A stretch of DNA of 64,000 nt from Acidobacteria bacterium bin61 (GCA_963578475.1 CAUZCL010000018.1:4579-68578); one strand, 5' to 3'. Shown: positions 10,228 to 21,130, counted from the stretch's first letter. Translations and numbers: made by a program. The notes: generated by a model not told the origin, from the letters alone.

Positions 10228-10359
10228 ATGGGTAAAGGCGACCGAAGAACAAAGAAGGGCAAGATCTTCCAAGGCACCACTGGCAAGATCCGTCCCAAGG
10301 CGAAGAATAAGAAGAAAAAGGCCTCCGGCGCGACCACCACTGGGAAAAAAGAAGACTAG
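10228..10359 (+). CDS. 30S ribosomal protein bTHX (Thx), 43 aa. Not in the ORF track because it is shorter than 60 aa.
   Basis: [43 protein letters not shown] closely resembles Thermus Thx ([24 protein letters not shown]). It sits in the convergent gap between pxpA and ispG. Confidence 0.6.
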   Translation: MGKGDRRTKKGKIFQGTTGKIRPKAKNKKKKASGATTTGKKED

Positions 10360-11498
10360 CCGGCGGCTGTTCTCTCTTCGATCAGTCGGTCGAGCTCCTC
10401 TTTGAGCCGAGGCAGAATCTCCTCGTAGGAGAACGCGCCGAGGCCGTCCCCTCCTTTTTTCAAGTTCACGTATTGCGGAGCGCACCAAAGGCCCAGATCC
10501 GCGTCGTCGGTCTCGCCCGGCCCGTTCACCCGACAGCCCATCACCGCGATCGTGATCGCGTGGTCCTTCGCATAGCGCGTCATTTCCTGCACTTTTTGCG
10601 CAAGCTCGACGAATTGCTCATTCTCGACCCGCGAACAGGACGGGCAAGAAATAATGTTGAGCGAGTGGCTCAATGTCTTGGGTACCGAGCGAAACCGGCC
10701 GGAAGCGATGTCTTCGAGGATGCGATGCCCTATTTCGACCTCTTCGTGTTTCGTTGCGTTCGGCAGCGTGAGCGAGACGCGGATCGTGTCGCCGATGCCT
10801 TGCGTCAAAAGCTGCTCGAACGCGATACGCGTCTTGATGATGCCGTCTGGCGGTAGACCGGCTTCGGTAACCCCTAGATGAAGCGGCACGTCTGGACGCT
10901 CGGCCGCAAAACGCTGATTGCCTTCGATGACCTTGGCCGGGTCGGAATCTTTAAGGGAGACGCAGTAGCGGGTGAAGCCAAGAGCATCGAGCATTTCAGC
11001 GTGCTCGAGCGCCGAAGCCACCATAGCACCCACCGAGTCCTCGCTAAATTCGTCGGCGCGGGCCGGGTCGATCGAGCCGCTGTTGACGCCAACCCGCATC
11101 GCGCAGTCAGAAGCACCCGCGATGTCGACGAGAAAGGCCACTTTGTCGCGCACAGGTTTTTCCCGCTCGTGATGGTAGAGATGGCCTGGGTTGTAGCGGA
11201 TCTTGTCCACGTGGGGCGCCACCTTCTCAGCAAGCCGATAGCTTTCCTGAAGATCGATAGAGAGGTTCGCGCTCGTGCGCTCGCGAATGGCCGCGACGGC
11301 TTCCGCGTCCTTGACGCTGTCGACCGCGATACGAACCACGCCCGCCCCAGCCCGGCGGAGCTGCTCCGCCTGCTCGACCGTGGCGTCGACATCCTGGGTC
11401 TTGGTCGCGCACATGCTTTGCACAACGACCGGCAACCCGTTGCCGATCGTGACATTTCCTATTGAGACGCTTCGCGTCGAGCTCCGCCGTAAGGTCAT
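10356..11498 (-). CDS. ispG: 4-hydroxy-3-methylbut-2-enyl diphosphate synthase (flavodoxin)
   Basis: A GcpE family member along its whole length ([32 protein letters not shown]). The start is set at [16 protein letters not shown]. The longer N-terminal extension in the track is antisense to the PilZ gene. Confidence 0.85.
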   Translation of the reverse strand: MTLRRSSTRSVSIGNVTIGNGLPVVVQSMCATKTQDVDATVEQAEQLRRAGAGVVRIAVDSVKDAEAVAAIRERTSANLSIDLQESYRLAEKVAPHVDKIRYNPGHLYHHEREKPVRDKVAFLVDIAGASDCAMRVGVNSGSIDPARADEFSEDSVGAMVASALEHAEMLDALGFTRYCVSLKDSDPAKVIEGNQRFAAERPDVPLHLGVTEAGLPPDGIIKTRIAFEQLLTQGIGDTIRVSLTLPNATKHEEVEIGHRILEDIASGRFRSVPKTLSHSLNIISCPSCSRVENEQFVELAQKVQEMTRYAKDHAITIAVMGCRVNGPGETDDADLGLWCAPQYVNLKKGGDGLGAFSYEEILPRLKEELDRLIEERTAAG

Positions 11499-11615
11499 CC
11501 TCCTTATTGTAGTGTTCCAGGCTCCCGGAACACCATGGATCGACCATAAATCTTGCCGATTTCGGACTTTACTAAGAGGCTCCACTCGGCGTAGCATGTG
11601 AGCGGAGGAGTATTC

Positions 11616-11948
11616 ATGGAGAAGCGTTCTGAGTCTCACCTCAGGCCTGACGGCGCCATCAAATGTTTGGTGGAGTGGGAAAAAGGCCGGGAGGAGGGCC
11701 AAATCCACAATGTCTCCCCCAGAGGCGCGTTTCTCGAATCCAGCAGCGATTTCGGCATCAACCGCGTCAAGTTGATCATCGACCTCGAGACCCTCGAAGC
11801 GCCACTCACGCTCGAAGCCGCCATCCGCTGGCACGCCGTCTCACCCGAGGACGAGACCGACCATTATGGCCTCGTGTTTCGCAACCTCGACGAGGAGACT
11901 CAGGAAAAACTCTACCGCGCCATCGAATCTCTCGCCGCCACGAGCTGA
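11616..11948 (+). CDS. PilZ-domain protein, a c-di-GMP receptor
   Basis: A PilZ-like R-x3-R...D-x-S-x-G-(A/G) pattern (LRPDGAIK...[11 protein letters not shown]) and a C-terminal beta-barrel segment. Confidence 0.55.
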   Translation: MEKRSESHLRPDGAIKCLVEWEKGREEGQIHNVSPRGAFLESSSDFGINRVKLIIDLETLEAPLTLEAAIRWHAVSPEDETDHYGLVFRNLDEETQEKLYRAIESLAATS

Positions 11949-11998
11949 CGGACGCCCAACAAGGGCGGGCCGTACATCAGAAATCAGGAGATCCTCGA

Positions 11999-13102
11999 AT
12001 GAAGCTAGTACCTTTCGTCATGGAGCGCACTCAATCCGTCTGGGAGAACCAGGTCGAGCTCAACATCTCGGAAAGCGGCGTTACCCCGCTCACACTCGGA
12101 GAGCTGCTCGACGGCGCGTCGATCGACGACACGAAACTCATCTACCCCCAGACCAACGGCACTCCGGAGCTGCGCGACGCGATAAGCGATCTCTATCCCG
12201 GCTCGGTCGCCGAGAATGTTCTCGCAACGAACGGCACGTCCGAAGCGAACTACATCTCGGTCTTGAGCACGCTCGAGCCCGGCGACGAGGCCGTTGTCAT
12301 GATTCCGAACTATATGCAAGTAGCGGGCCTCGCTCGCTCGATAGGCGCGAACGTGAAGCTGCTCCCTCTTCACGAAGAGCTGGGCTGGGCGATCGACCCC
12401 GACGAGCTTCGAAAAATGGTCACGGACAAGACAAAGCTCATTGCCGTGTGTAATCCCAACAACCCAACAGGCGCGGTGATGAGCGAGAACGCGATGCGTG
12501 ATGTCGCGAAAATTGCCGGAAGCGTCGGGGCTTGGATCCTCTCCGATGAAGTCTATCTCGGCGCCGAGCTCAACGGCGAGCCCTCCGCGACCTATTGGGG
12601 CTGGTACGACAAGCTCATGGTGACCGCGGGCCTCTCGAAGGCCTATGGGCTTCCCGGCCTGCGCATGGGCTGGGTGGTCACCGACAAGGAACACGCAGAA
12701 TATCTGTGGTCCTACAAGGACTACACGACGATAGCGCCTTCCGCGCTCTCGGATCGCCTTGCGACCCACGCGCTCGAGCCGGCACGCCGTACCAAGATCC
12801 TGGAGAGGACGCGCGCGATCTTGAACGATCAGCAGCCGGTTCTCGCGGCCTTCGTCGAGCGGCACGGCAACCACATGTCCTGGGTGAAGCCGAAAGCCGG
12901 CGCCATCGCTTTCATCCGCTATAGCTGGGATATCAACTCCACGACCTTGATGGAGCGCCTCCGCGACGAGAAGGGCGTGTTCATCGTGCCGGGGGATCAC
13001 TTCGAGATGGACCACTACATGCGTCTCGGCTATGGGTACCACAAAGAGGTGCTCGAGAAAGCCCTCGCCCGCTGCTCGGAGTTTTTTGAGGAACTCAACT
13101 GA
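11999..13102 (+). CDS. Class I/II PLP-dependent aminotransferase (AspC/HisC-like)
   Basis: NPNNPTGAV and SKAYGLPGLRMGW (the Lys in the SKxxG motif). It is full length, 367 aa. Confidence 0.8.
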   Translation: MKLVPFVMERTQSVWENQVELNISESGVTPLTLGELLDGASIDDTKLIYPQTNGTPELRDAISDLYPGSVAENVLATNGTSEANYISVLSTLEPGDEAVVMIPNYMQVAGLARSIGANVKLLPLHEELGWAIDPDELRKMVTDKTKLIAVCNPNNPTGAVMSENAMRDVAKIAGSVGAWILSDEVYLGAELNGEPSATYWGWYDKLMVTAGLSKAYGLPGLRMGWVVTDKEHAEYLWSYKDYTTIAPSALSDRLATHALEPARRTKILERTRAILNDQQPVLAAFVERHGNHMSWVKPKAGAIAFIRYSWDINSTTLMERLRDEKGVFIVPGDHFEMDHYMRLGYGYHKEVLEKALARCSEFFEELN

Positions 13103-13158
13103 AAACAGGTGCGCATCGAGGAGCGCGCGGCGGATGGCTCACGTAGAATGGTCGTAAG

Positions 13159-13539
13159 GTGCTTTTTCTCGAACGTCTCGCCGAACAGAAGATCCAGGCC
13201 GCCATCGAGCGGGGCGAGCTCGACAATTTACCCCTCTCTGGAAAGCCCCTCGGGCTCGAGCCTCGCGGCCTCGTGCCCGAAGATCTGAGGCTCACCTACA
13301 AACTCCTCAAGGACGCGGGTTTCCTGCCTCCCGAGATAGAGCTTCGGAAGGAGATCACGACGCTTGGGGACCTTCTCCGAACCGTCCATGAGGGGGACGA
13401 AGACGAGCGCTGTCGCCTCGCCCGCGAGCTCAACGCCAAAGTGCTCCGGCTAAACCTTCTGATGAAACGCTCGTTCGACCGCGAAGATCGCCAGGTCTAC
13501 GCAGGCAAGCTCAGAAACAAGATGCTAGAATCGAAGTAA
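13159..13539 (+). CDS. DUF1992 (DnaJC28-like) domain protein
   Basis: LAEQKIQAAIERGELDNLPLSGKPL matches the DUF1992 N-terminal motif. Confidence 0.6.
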   Translation: MLFLERLAEQKIQAAIERGELDNLPLSGKPLGLEPRGLVPEDLRLTYKLLKDAGFLPPEIELRKEITTLGDLLRTVHEGDEDERCRLARELNAKVLRLNLLMKRSFDREDRQVYAGKLRNKMLESK

Positions 13540-13594
13540 GCATCCCCAAACAAAACTTACAGTCTTTCCCAGGCATCCCCAGGGGGGAGGCAAC

Positions 13595-14110
13595 GTGGCT
13601 TTGAAGCCTTTCGTCAAATCGCAGCTGGTCGAGGTCATCGAGTGGGTGGACGACTCGACCGACACGCTGGTCTACCGCTTCCCTGTCGAGGGGCAAGAAA
13701 TCAAGATGGGCGCCCAGCTCACGGTGCGAGCGGGCCAGCTGGCGGTTTTCGTGAACGAGGGGCCCATCGCGGACACCTTCGAGCCGGACCGGCACCGCCT
13801 CGCGACGCGCAACATGCCCGTCCTGACCAAACTTCTCGCGTGGAAGCACGGTTTCGAATCGCCGTTCAAAGCCGAAATCTACTTCGTGTCCGCGCGCCTG
13901 TTCACGGACCAAAAATGGGGTACATCGAACCCGGTCATGATGCGCGACCCCGAGCTCGGCCCCATCCGGCTGCGTGCTTTCGGAATTTACTCGTTCAAAG
14001 TGCGCGACGCAGCTCTCCGACACGGCCAAGAATCGTCCTCGTACCTGCACACCTTTTTCATTTCATCGCACGACTCGTTTAGAGGGTCTCTCGACGGCCA
14101 GCCCCCCTAA
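13595..14110 (+). pseudogene. SPFH-domain / 'virion core protein'-like (COG4260) gene. Only the N-terminal ~150 aa remain. The 3' part is replaced by the lower-GC island.
   Basis: IEWVDDSTDTLVYRFP...IKMGAQLTVRAGQLAVFVNEGPIADTFEPDRH...FESPFKAEIYFVSARLFTDQKWGT matches the conserved N-terminus of this family. Similarity stops near 14000 and the ORF tail is junk. Confidence 0.55.
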
Positions 14111-14876
14111 ACAGGGGAGCCATGCACCTTGCGGACGATGTCGCTTTGAAAGACCGTCCTTCTCATCCGGTCCTTGTCGTCCAGGACCATGTCTTGGCAG
14201 GTCACTTCCTTCACCACGCCCAGAGACAGGTCCGAGTGGTAGCTGACCTTGTTCGGTCCGAAGATCAGGCTGTAGGCAAGGACCGAGTGCTTCCGGTTGT
14301 CGACGAACGCGCTCACCGGAGTTTCCGAGCCGGCAACCACTCGAACGAAGTCCATGTCGCACATCACGGCTTTGCCATCCACGCCCTGGGGAGGCCCGTC
14401 CACGAACACGAACTGGTATGGATAATCGGGCACCTCCTTGTAAACGTGCCCCCGCACGAACGAGTAAGAGTACACTTCGATTGGTGATTGCCGTATCTCG
14501 ACGAATGGCTTGAACTGGTCGGGCAGCGCCGACAGCGCATGCTCATACCAGATCGGATTTGCTCCATCGAGACGAGCTTTATCCCGTCAGCCGGAGTCCC
14601 ATTGAGGTTCTCCAACATGGCCTGTGCGATGATCATGGTCGACCTGCCAGTGCCGCACTCGAGGACGAAGCTGGGTCGGTCGGTCCTGATCTTCCTGTAC
14701 AGGGCCACGTAGTCGGTAGTACTGACGCCGACGGATGGGGATGCTACGTTGGCATACGCCAGGATGTCTTTAAGTCCTGGTGTCTTGCCCATATAGTCGT
14801 TCGCGGCGGCGAGTAGGCGCAGCCTTCTTGGTCTGCTCCTGATGCGCTCGAATCTATGCTTCAGCCCTGTGATCAT
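14107..14876 (-). pseudogene. Class I SAM-dependent methyltransferase (TylF/CmcI-like), frameshifted. It is the first gene of the lower-GC island.
   Basis: Two overlapping ORFs in different frames (14364..14876 and 14107..14475). The first carries FVLECGTGRSTMIIAQAM (SAM-binding motif I). The second carries YQFVFVDGPPQG (the acidic motif that follows). Confidence 0.45.
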
Positions 14877-15114
14877 AACGCGCCTCCCGAGAGTCTGGGA
14901 ACGAAGCTGTCAACAATATCGCCCTGTAGATCGAATTCGGGCGCGTAGCTGGCATCTGGCCTGGGATGAGACGCGATTTGCGGGGCTGGCGGCACGTGTT
15001 CTCCCACAGTTGGCGAACGGTGCATTTGTAGCTTCCGTACAACTTGCAACTTTTCAGATATGAGCGACGAATTCCACTCTCGTGTCGATGCTCGCAACAG
15101 CTCTCGAAGCTGCC

Positions 15115-15477
15115 TCACGTCGCGGACACCTCTGATGGGGCGCGGCCCTCGGATACAGCCACTCGACCGTTCTCTACGGATATCACCTTGTGGAAATCGA
15201 ACGCCCTTGCCCGACGGGCCAATGCCAGCAGGCCGACTGCCACGGTCGCCAGAACCAGCAGGATGGCGGGAACCCACCCATCAGAGATCGCGACATCCCA
15301 GCCCACCGTTTCTAATACTTTGGCCACCAGGTCAACTGCCTGGTCGGGGGTAAGCAACAGATAGACCAGCGTCAAAGTCGCCGTCTCCAGAGACGGCAAC
15401 GCGAGAGCCAGAGAAAACAGGGTCGCGAGCGCTAGCTTGTAGCGACGGGCGATGTCGGCTAGCTGCCTGACAGGCAT
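15115..15477 (-). CDS. Hypothetical membrane protein
   Basis: A 120-aa ORF with three predicted transmembrane helices, in the island region. Confidence 0.35.
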   Translation of the reverse strand: MPVRQLADIARRYKLALATLFSLALALPSLETATLTLVYLLLTPDQAVDLVAKVLETVGWDVAISDGWVPAILLVLATVAVGLLALARRARAFDFHKVISVENGRVAVSEGRAPSEVSAT

Positions 15478-15611
15478 TCTATTCTATGCCCTCATGCACC
15501 GATTTGGTGGGTCTGTCGGGCATCATTATTGCGTATCCTCTTACGCTCGATGGAATCCTGTGCATTGCGGGGGTAAGGGGGCGCCAGCCGAACGAGGAAC
15601 CGATCCTGGGT

Positions 15612-15938
15612 TCAGCCAGCCGTCTGACGAGGAGGGACCACGTACTCTCTCTGCTCGACGCAGCAGTTATAGGCCCAGGCCTCCTTGGACTTGGCCTCGT
15701 CTTCCTGGGGTGGCGCCACGTACTCGCTGGGGTCGTCCCAGTCATCCATGCGCGTCTCCTGCATACCCTGGAAGAAGCGCAGCCGATACTTCTGCTGGTA
15801 CTCGTCTAAGATGCGGTTGCCCTCCTCGGTATCGCTCTCCGCCTGGCGTATTTTGGGCCACTCGTCTTTGGGGAACTGGACGTAACAGATGAACGTCCGC
15901 ATCAGGCCATCGATTTCGGCCGACGATAGCTGAGGCAT
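15612..15938 (-). CDS. Hypothetical protein
   Basis: A 108-aa non-repetitive ORF in the lower-GC island with no recognisable domain. Confidence 0.3.
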   Translation of the reverse strand: MPQLSSAEIDGLMRTFICYVQFPKDEWPKIRQAESDTEEGNRILDEYQQKYRLRFFQGMQETRMDDWDDPSEYVAPPQEDEAKSKEAWAYNCCVEQREYVVPPRQTAG

Positions 15939-16065
15939 GTTCAGAATGGAGTTCGATGTTGTATGAGTGGTGATGAGTTGGCATCCAAGTAGCCGCGGGC
16001 GACTGCCATGCGAGTCTGTAGGGAATCTCTACCGGATGCTTTGGTAGGGATCGGACACCGCGCGC

Positions 16066-17001
16066 CTATCTCCCGCTCTCCATAGCCCAGCGTGTAAATT
16101 GACGCACGCCCCGTAACGGTGGAAAGGAGGGTGTGAACCCAGTCGCAGAATGCAGGGTAGAGATGTCAGCGGCGATGCCGAAGATGTCGCCCGGGGTGCC
16201 CTCGGCCACCTCAACTGTAAGCTGGTCCGAAACGCCTAGTTCGTCGGCGATAGCGGAACTGAGCTGCCTAATAGTCATCGCTTCACCAGAGCCCACGTTG
16301 AATGGTCCATCAGTCTCGTTCTGGGTCGCACATAACATCCATGCCGTGACTACGTCGTCAATATGCACGACGTCACGAAACCGCTCCAGTGGGCCCCGAG
16401 ATACGATCCTGGGGCTTTTCAACAACATCGCCACGAATATGCTGACCAGACCCTGGTCCATGCGGGTCAAATCCTGCCCTGGACCATAGACGTTGAACAT
16501 GCGTAGGTTGTTGAAGGAGATTCCCCGGTCGCTGCAAAAGATGTGAACCAGCCGCTCACACGCTAGTTTCGCGATAGCATAGTGGGACATGGGCAGGCAG
16601 GGCGTATCTTCCGTCACCGGGTTCTGCTCAATAGTTACGTTGCCGTAGACTGTCATACTCGACGCATGGAGGATGCGCTCGACACCCAACCGTGCGCCCA
16701 GCTCAAGGACATTGTAGGCGACCCGGTAGCCATCGGCCACCGTGCCTACGGGGTTCCTGGCCGATGAGGGACCCGATTCGGCTGCCGCCAGATGCATGAG
16801 GCAATCCGCACTTGATATACTCACGGCCGCGACAGAATTTGCGTCCTTCAGGTCGACTTGGACGAGAGTGGCACCCGGTACGCGTTCTACAACCGAGGTG
16901 ACCGAGCTGTCGAGCATAGTGACCTGGTGGCCTTCCTCTACAAGCCTGGATGCAATCCGAGAACCAACGAATCCCAAGCCCCCGGTAACGACAACGTGCA
17001 T
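16066..17001 (-). CDS. NAD-dependent epimerase/dehydratase (SDR-extended, UDP-sugar 4-epimerase-like)
   Basis: VVVTGGLGFVGSRIASRL (Rossmann GxxGxxG) and the YxxxK region (SHYAIAKLACE). Confidence 0.75.
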   Translation of the reverse strand: MHVVVTGGLGFVGSRIASRLVEEGHQVTMLDSSVTSVVERVPGATLVQVDLKDANSVAAVSISSADCLMHLAAAESGPSSARNPVGTVADGYRVAYNVLELGARLGVERILHASSMTVYGNVTIEQNPVTEDTPCLPMSHYAIAKLACERLVHIFCSDRGISFNNLRMFNVYGPGQDLTRMDQGLVSIFVAMLLKSPRIVSRGPLERFRDVVHIDDVVTAWMLCATQNETDGPFNVGSGEAMTIRQLSSAIADELGVSDQLTVEVAEGTPGDIFGIAADISTLHSATGFTPSFPPLRGVRQFTRWAMESGR

Positions 17002-17163
17002 CTGAATCCCTACCTTTACCCTACTTCCAGGTTGATATTTCTCTATTACGTACTCGGGGCTAATCGCGAAAGAAGTTGTTCACTGATTCAATAATGTAGT
17101 CTTGTTGTTCGCGCGATATTTCCGTTTCCCGGCCCGAGGCGGTCTCCCGAGGGAGTGTTGCGC

Positions 17164-19071
17164 TCACTCGGTGTCAACCTCCAGCAGAGTCTTAAGGTGG
17201 TCACGACGACGGGAGCCGGCCAGAGCATCCCGAAATTCCCCTAGCGGCAATATGTCCTGAAAATACGCGCCCAACTCCAGACTGGGGAGCACGCCCAGTG
17301 CCTCTTCCATCTCCGCGACACCACTTCCAACAGAGCCCACGAGTGTCTTGTCGTAGGCAACCGGGTCCTGAAGAGAAAATCGCTCGTGTGCAGACGGGAC
17401 CTCCAGAAGCAGAATCGTCGCTCCGGCCGGGCTCTGGATCAGCATGGTCTCCAACACCTGCGAATCGCCCGTCAGCTCGACCATGACGTCGAAGGTTTCA
17501 AGGTGGTCCAGCGTGTCCGTGAGGCGGACGTCCGAAGCCGCAAGGTATTCCCGTCGGGCCGGGTTGCGATCATAGACCGTGACCACGTGGCCCTGGCGCG
17601 CCAGCACCTGTGCGCAGAAATGTCCTTGAGGGCCCGCGCCTGCCACAAGGAAATGACGATTACTCGCTGACGGCGGTATTGCCCTCTGCAAACGCTTCAG
17701 GCCCTTGAGCACAGTGGCCAGGGGCTCCGCGAGACTGGCGGACCTGAGGTCGACGCCGTCCGGGATTCGAGCCACGAACTGGCCTGGCAGGACCACGTAC
17801 TCGGAGTGGGCGCCGTTGCGCCCGAAGAGGCCCATCTCGACCCGCTCAGCACAGCCTATCTCGGAGCCACGGCGACACTCGGCACACCTGCCGCACCCTT
17901 GGATGTAGGCGCCGACCACCGGATCGCCCTCCATCCAGGAGTCAACGTTGACACCCGTGGCTACCACGCGTCCGCTGAACTCGTGCCCAAGAACAATGGG
18001 GTACCGAGCGAACCCCTCTTTCACGTAACGGTGCGTTCCGTCGAGCACTTCGAGGTCTGCCTGGCAGACGCCGGCGTACGCGACCCTTACCAGCACTTCT
18101 CCCGGCTTCAGCCTGGGGAGATCGATCTCCTCCAGGGCCGCCTGCCCAGGGCCCCGCGCGACCACGGCCTGGCAGCGCCGCCGGGCGAAGTACATGGCAT
18201 CCTTGCTCTCTAGGTCCGCCACAGCGGCGCCATCCAACAGGCCCCTGACCGTTCCAATGGCCTTGTTCATTCGGAACGAGAAGATCTCCGGTGCCCGCCT
18301 CCAGACGTTGTCCTCTCGCGTGGCACGGTACAGGTCGATGAAGAATCGGCCGGCTTCGCACGCTACCTCGACGGGGACCTTCCGCTGGCCGGTCAACCCA
18401 ATCATCTTCCCCGCCACCGCCTCGCGATAGAATCGCCGGCGTACCTGGGGCCAGTTCTCTTCGTGTATGTGGTAGAGGGCCGCCTGGGGCTCGTACTTCA
18501 CGTGTAGGCCCCGTTCCATCCAGTACTTGGCCCACTCGATGTCTTCCAGGCCCGGCAGGGCCTCGTCGAACCGGTGCGTCTGCCACAGGTCACTGCGTAT
18601 AGCCGAGTTGGCATTGTTGGCGAAGAAATTGGGCGGCTTTAGCAGCTTTGGCTTGCTCCCGAATGTACGCCGCAAGTCGATCGCCTCGCTGAACTTTGTC
18701 GCCTCCCAACCAAGTTGCCTGCCATATACCATGGCGGTGTTCTCTTCACGGAGGGGGGCGATGAGATTGCCGAGCCAGTCGTTGTTCAGCGGCTTGGTGT
18801 GGGCCGACACAATGGCAACGAACTGCCCGACGCATGCCTCCATGCCAACGTTGAGCGAGTAGCCGTAAGTGAAATCGCTGCCGTCGATTCGCAGGATTCT
18901 ATCGGTGTGACGGGCCGCGATGTCCCTGGTCCGGTCGTACGACCCGGAGTCCACGAAGACGATCTCGTAGTCGCGGTAGGACTGGGTGGCCAGCCCCTCC
19001 AGTAGCTTTGGAAGGTGCTTCTCCTCGTTGAACGTCCGTACCAGTACAGACGTCTCTGGGGTCGGGCTCAC
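17164..19071 (-). CDS. Fusion protein. An N-terminal family-2 glycosyltransferase is joined to a C-terminal zinc-dependent medium-chain alcohol/polyol dehydrogenase.
   Basis: Residues 1-270 are GT2-like (VLVRTFNEEKHLPKLLEGLATQSYRDYEIVFVDSGS, DxD). Residues ~300-635 are MDR-like (GHEFSGRVV, structural-zinc GCGRCAECRRG, Rossmann VAGAGPQG). It is one continuous 635-aa frame. Confidence 0.75.
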   Translation of the reverse strand: MSPTPETSVLVRTFNEEKHLPKLLEGLATQSYRDYEIVFVDSGSYDRTRDIAARHTDRILRIDGSDFTYGYSLNVGMEACVGQFVAIVSAHTKPLNNDWLGNLIAPLREENTAMVYGRQLGWEATKFSEAIDLRRTFGSKPKLLKPPNFFANNANSAIRSDLWQTHRFDEALPGLEDIEWAKYWMERGLHVKYEPQAALYHIHEENWPQVRRRFYREAVAGKMIGLTGQRKVPVEVACEAGRFFIDLYRATREDNVWRRAPEIFSFRMNKAIGTVRGLLDGAAVADLESKDAMYFARRRCQAVVARGPGQAALEEIDLPRLKPGEVLVRVAYAGVCQADLEVLDGTHRYVKEGFARYPIVLGHEFSGRVVATGVNVDSWMEGDPVVGAYIQGCGRCAECRRGSEIGCAERVEMGLFGRNGAHSEYVVLPGQFVARIPDGVDLRSASLAEPLATVLKGLKRLQRAIPPSASNRHFLVAGAGPQGHFCAQVLARQGHVVTVYDRNPARREYLAASDVRLTDTLDHLETFDVMVELTGDSQVLETMLIQSPAGATILLLEVPSAHERFSLQDPVAYDKTLVGSVGSGVAEMEEALGVLPSLELGAYFQDILPLGEFRDALAGSRRRDHLKTLLEVDTE

Positions 19072-19315
19072 ACCGACGCCTCGCCGCTTCGGGCCGAGAC
19101 CCGAAAAGGGCCATGCCAGATTACGCGGGGCCCGAGACGAAGGCTACTCTTCACCCTGCCCTGACCTCATCTCGACCGGGTGCATACTGACTCACGAGCG
19201 GGTCCTCCTTCATCAGCGACTGGACCATTACACGGTCAGCCTCGGTGTCGACCGCGTGGCTTGCTGTGCTCGGTCTCCACCATGCGGACCTTATAGCCGT
19301 GTTCCAACAGACGCA

Positions 19316-19576
19316 TCATGTCGACGGATTCGGCCACTCCAGCGGCGTTGGGTCCAGTCGCGCGTACTCGAGAAGCGTCTCCCGCCGGAACGGGATGACA
19401 CACACCTGTTTGTGCACCGGCGTTCCAGCTAATCCCGATGGAGGGCTGGTAGGGATCGCTTGCCGCGAGAAGTACAGTGCATTGCCACTGCCGTCTATCA
19501 CGACCTTGACAGTGTTTGGGTCCCGGTACTCTTCCATGGTGGTAATTCGCTTTGCCAGGTTCACACATCCTATCAT
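19316..19576 (-). pseudogene. Internal fragment of a CMP-sugar cytidylyltransferase (KdsB/NeuA-like)
   Basis: NTVKVVIDGSGNALYFSRQAIP matches the KdsB 'VVxDxxGxALYFSR' block. Only ~85 aa are present, with no N-terminus. Confidence 0.45.
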
Positions 19577-20093
19577 TCAGGCTCTCAGACTGGCAAGAGT
19601 CTCTAGACGTGAACATGACCGGAACATTCTTGTTGACCCAGGCGGTGTGCAGGGTCTTCGAAGAACAAGGGTCGGGTAACATTATCAACATCTGCTCGAC
19701 GTATGGCCTCATGGGCCCGGACCAGCGAATCTACAACGAGGGCGAGGAGATGACATTCGTCAAGCGGACCACCTACTCGGTGACGAAATTAGCTGTGCTG
19801 GGGTTCACCCGCTACCTCGCTGCCTATTACCGCGGAGGAACATCAGGGTGAACGCCCTTACGCCCGGCGGCGTCGAACAAGACCACGACGAAGATTTCGT
19901 GCGCCGCTACAGCGCTAAGACCATTCTTGGGAGGATGGCCCGCCCTCACGAGCTGACCGGAGCGCCTAAGTTAGGCTGTCGTTTCAGCTTCGTCGCACGA
20001 TTGTGGCGAACGCTTCGGCGACGCGACCAACGTCATCGTCATGAATGTGGCAATGGGTCACGAATCGGATGGTGTTGTCTGAACGCAGCATAG
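19552..20093 (+). pseudogene. Short-chain dehydrogenase/reductase fragment, 5'-truncated and frameshifted
   Basis: VNMTGTFLLTQAV...[11 protein letters not shown]...[16 protein letters not shown] in one frame is followed by VNALTPGGV...[12 protein letters not shown] in another frame (19848..). There is no N-terminal Rossmann region. Confidence 0.55.
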
Positions 20094-21130
20094 CAGCTCT
20101 TCCGAAACCGGATCTAGGGCAGCCCATTCAAGCCACATCGGCGCTGCGGACTGTCGCGCCTTCGCGAGATCGAAAGGCGTCGGCTCTCTTAGGGTCATGC
20201 CCTGATCGCGCAGCTCCCGCCGCGCGTCGAGGTCCATGGCGGGGATCTGTCGTCGAAAGGTCGCGCTCCAATCTCTGGCGTTACTCTGCAGGATTGTTTG
20301 CAGCGAGGCCGGCAGCTCGCTCCACGATTTCTGGCTCATGAGCACGAACTGATGTCCCATCGAGAGATTAAGCATGTAGCCGTGCTCGATAAAGTCGTAT
20401 AGCTTCCAATCACGCACGGAGAGAGCCGACGTGATGACGCCGTCAATCACTTTTCGTTGGAGGGCGATCGAGCCTCGGCAGACGCGATGGACACCGGAAC
20501 CGCGCCGATTGTCTTCAACATCTCGACTTGCTGCTGATTCCAGACCCGGATCTTCTTGCCCTTCAGGTCCTCGAGACGTTCGATGGGTGTGTCCGTCCAC
20601 ACATTCTGCGGAGGCATCGTCCAATGAAAGAGCACGCGGACGTCAGCTTTCTCGTTCAAATGGTCCGCGAAAATAGTGCGGGTGCCCCCGACGGCCTCGT
20701 TGAACTCATCGAAGCTGACGCAAAGAAACGGCATGCCGAAGACGTTGAGCTCCGGCACGTCGCCCGCCAAGAGACCAACGCTCCCGTCGACGAGATCGAC
20801 TTGATGGGCCGCAACGATCTTGATCATGTCGAACGGCGTGTAGGGAAGCTCGCCGGCGGTAAACACCTGAAGGCTCAGGGCACCGCCGCTATCATTGCGT
20901 AGGTCGAAGGCGAGCTCGCGGTATAGATGCGCCACCTGATCGTTGGTGGGAAAATAGGTAAAAAGCCGCAGACGCACGGGCTCCGACGTTTCCGCCGCCG
21001 CGCTCGCTCCCGCGGCGCAGCATCCGATGAGCAAAACCGCGATCGTCCGGCACCGCACCTTCCTACTCACGGCTGAGCCTCTCACGCTCTGTGATGGTTC
21101 GCTTCTCGTCAACGGCGCCACCAGCTTCAT
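20058..21130 (-). pseudogene. TRAP-type solute-binding protein (DctP-like), frameshifted
   Basis: Two overlapping frames (20447..21130 and 20058..20624) together cover a DctP-like periplasmic binding protein with a signal peptide. Confidence 0.5.

Noticed and set aside
11800-11850. Candidate sigma-54 promoter (TGGCAC) hits near 11828 and 24766
   Set aside because: No correctly spaced TTGC(A/T) -12 element follows the GG. These are probably chance matches inside coding sequence.
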